DNA of 61,813 nt, the filler included. It is 4 parts of 4 records of this genome, joined end to end, with 100 filler letters (N's around TTAATTAATTAA, not from the genome) between each part and the next. Parts side by side here need not be neighbours in the genome. Positions count along the whole stretch, not along the records: positions 50,550 to 61,813 come from SRR20825019_298; 3 more parts are not named here. One strand, given 5' to 3'. Each line of letters starts with the position of its first letter. Within the stretch, counting starts at the first letter, position 1. This document shows positions 60,210 to 61,813 of this stretch, in pieces. A program made the position numbers and the translations under genes. The notes beneath the pieces were generated by a model. It saw nothing but the letters and a program-made list of their open reading frames with translations. It was not told the DNA's origin and made no database searches.

Positions 60210-61813
60210 GTGAACTCCAACGCGACATCAAATTCCTCCCTGCCCGTTATCATCCGTACGGCGACCCGGTCCGATCTGGATGGCCTTTGCGCTCTTGAAA
60301 GTGGCAGCTTCACAAGCGACGCGATTTCACGATCGGGCTTTTCGCGCTTCCTGCGCCAATCTTCCGCCCGTCTTCTGGTCGCCGATGCCGGCGAAAGCGG
60401 AACACCCGATATCGTCGGTTATGGCCTGCTTTTGCTGCGCGCCAATACGACAACGGCACGGATTTATTCGCTGGCAATTTCCGATAAGTGGCGCGGCAAG
60501 GGCCTTGGCACCCAACTTCTGGCCGGGCTTGAAAACCTGGCGATTGATGCCGGATGTGTGCGTATCCGCCTTGAAGTCCGTGTTGAAAACAGCAATGCCC
60601 GCAATCTTTATGATCGCCATGGCTATCAACAGATTGCCGATCTGCCCGGTTATTACGAAGACGGGGCCGATGGCATTCGCCTGCAACATGATCTTTATGA
60701 TATTCCGACCGAACGGTCCCCTGCGGTTGCAACCGGTGCCCCCCTGATCCTTGTGGACCGCCTCAAGGATCTGCCGTTTCAGGTGCCCGGTGCGCGCATC
60801 ATGCGGGTGCGCGAATATCTTGCGCTTGACCACGGGGTCCGCAACCGGCGTGTGATCAACCTGTGTCAGTCCTATGAATATCTGTCACGCGGCTATTATT
60901 GCAGCTTGCTTGCCGCCGCACGCAGCGAACGCGTGATCCCCGAAGCCGACGTGCTTCTGGATCTGAACTGGAAACGGCTGCAAAAAACCGCCCGCGCGGA
61001 AATGAGCTCGCAAATCGTCGAAGCATTGACCAAACCCGGCGATCACCCGACCAGAATTGACGTCTTTTTCGGCCGCACCGTCGATAAGCGTTTTCGCGAT
61101 ATCGCGCAACGCGCCTTCGATCAGTTCCGCTGCCCGATCCTGCGCCTGCATCTGAACCCGTCGGATAAGAAAATCCTGCGCGAAATCGAAGCCCCAGCCC
61201 TAAGCCAACTGGATGCCGAAGACCTGCCCGCCTTTGAAAGTGCCATTCGTGCCTATCTGCGCGGTCGCGTGCGCAAACCGGCATCTGGCGGCAATCCGCC
61301 AAGTGCGCTGGTGGCAATCCTCCATGATCCCGATGCGGTTCTGCCGCCATCCGATAATGACGCATTGGCCCTGTTCGTTCAGGCCGCAGCCGACCTTGGT
61401 GCCAAGGCCGAACTGATCACCGCCAAGGATTTCCACCATCTGTCGGAATTTGATGCGCTGCTGATCCGCGAAACCACCGCCCTTGATCATCATACCTATC
61501 GTTTTGCCAAGCGCGCGCGCAAGGAAGGCATTCCGGTGATTGACGATCCGGACTCAATCCTGCGCTGCACGAACAAGGTCTATCTTGCCGAATTGCTGCG
61601 CACGCACCGCATCCCGGCCCCGCGCAGCATGATTTTCGATAAACGCCGCATTGCCGAAATCGGCAAGCTGTTCAGCTTCCCCTCGGTCCTGAAGGTGCCC
61701 GATGGCTGCTTCTCGCGCGGGGTGCGCAAGGTGAAATCGCCCGAACATCTGGCCGAAGTCGCGACCGAAATGTTCAAAAACTCGGAACTTCTGGTCATTC
61801 AGGAATATGTCGA
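60210..61813 (+). CDS. RimI-like GNAT acetyltransferase fused to RLAN + RimK-like ATP-grasp, runs off window end
   Basis: GGAGG RBS, GTG start; ARIYSLAI...RGKGLG, RLEVR..N..A..LY...GY; VINLCQSYEYLSRGYYCSLLA; IRETT, DDP.SI.RCTNKVYL, LKVPDG.FSRGV. Confidence 0.92.
   Translation, partial: MNSNATSNSSLPVIIRTATRSDLDGLCALESGSFTSDAISRSGFSRFLRQSSARLLVADAGESGTPDIVGYGLLLLRANTTTARIYSLAISDKWRGKGLGTQLLAGLENLAIDAGCVRIRLEVRVENSNARNLYDRHGYQQIADLPGYYEDGADGIRLQHDLYDIPTERSPAVATGAPLILVDRLKDLPFQVPGARIMRVREYLALDHGVRNRRVINLCQSYEYLSRGYYCSLLAAARSERVIPEADVLLDLNWKRLQKTARAEMSSQIVEALTKPGDHPTRIDVFFGRTVDKRFRDIAQRAFDQFRCPILRLHLNPSDKKILREIEAPALSQLDAEDLPAFESAIRAYLRGRVRKPASGGNPPSALVAILHDPDAVLPPSDNDALALFVQAAADLGAKAELITAKDFHHLSEFDALLIRETTALDHHTYRFAKRARKEGIPVIDDPDSILRCTNKVYLAELLRTHRIPAPRSMIFDKRRIAEIGKLFSFPSVLKVPDGCFSRGVRKVKSPEHLAEVATEMFKNSELLVIQEYV

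Noticed and set aside
60280-61798. Short ORFs listed at the window end
   Set aside because: All overlap the single open GNAT-RLAN-RimK frame starting at 60210
37169-61813. Two RimK-type systems forming one pathway
   Set aside because: They are on different contigs from apparently different organisms

Overview
The window is not one locus. It is four contigs joined by artificial N44-TTAATTAATTAA-N44 linkers (31030-31129, 44853-44952, 50450-50549). Contigs 1 (1-31029) and 2 (31130-44852) look like an Opitutae-type verrucomicrobium (inferred from gene content and repeat style). They carry dnaK-groES-groEL, tRNA-Thr, queA, accA, ilvB, a CHASE2 cyclase/FecR/O-antigen-ligase cluster, GSII glnA, a mini-kinase/PP2C/GGCT operon, SRP RNA-dnaX, an ECF module, leuA, a Phd/PIN toxin-antitoxin pair, rlmN, an immunity-like cluster, ybaB-recR, tRNA-Gly, a rimK cluster and dxs/xseB, with many REP-like palindromes between genes. 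Contig 3 (44953-50449) is eukaryotic, with two genes that can be spliced by hand through 52-61 nt GT-AG introns. Contig 4 (50550-61813) is alphaproteobacterial (Thalassospira-like, inferred): TRAP, RpiR, kdgK, tamAB and a GNAT-RLAN-RimK fusion missed by the ORF track. Best leads: (1) dnaX appears recoded at an A10 run, so the zero frame gives a short gamma-like product and a -1 shift gives a 501 aa tau-like product; (2) a sigma54-type, nearly leaderless promoter with a perfect upstream palindrome precedes dnaK-groESL, with no CIRCE; (3) a 132 aa minimal kinase + PP2C + GGCT operon lies divergent from sigma54-driven GSII; (4) an unannotated Leu-rich leader peptide precedes leuA; (5) an OTase-like gene sits next to a Thr-rich exported FecR protein and a cyclase; (6) the eukaryotic contig encodes a secreted PRTase-like protein. 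All family and taxon calls come from motif recognition only; no searches were run.
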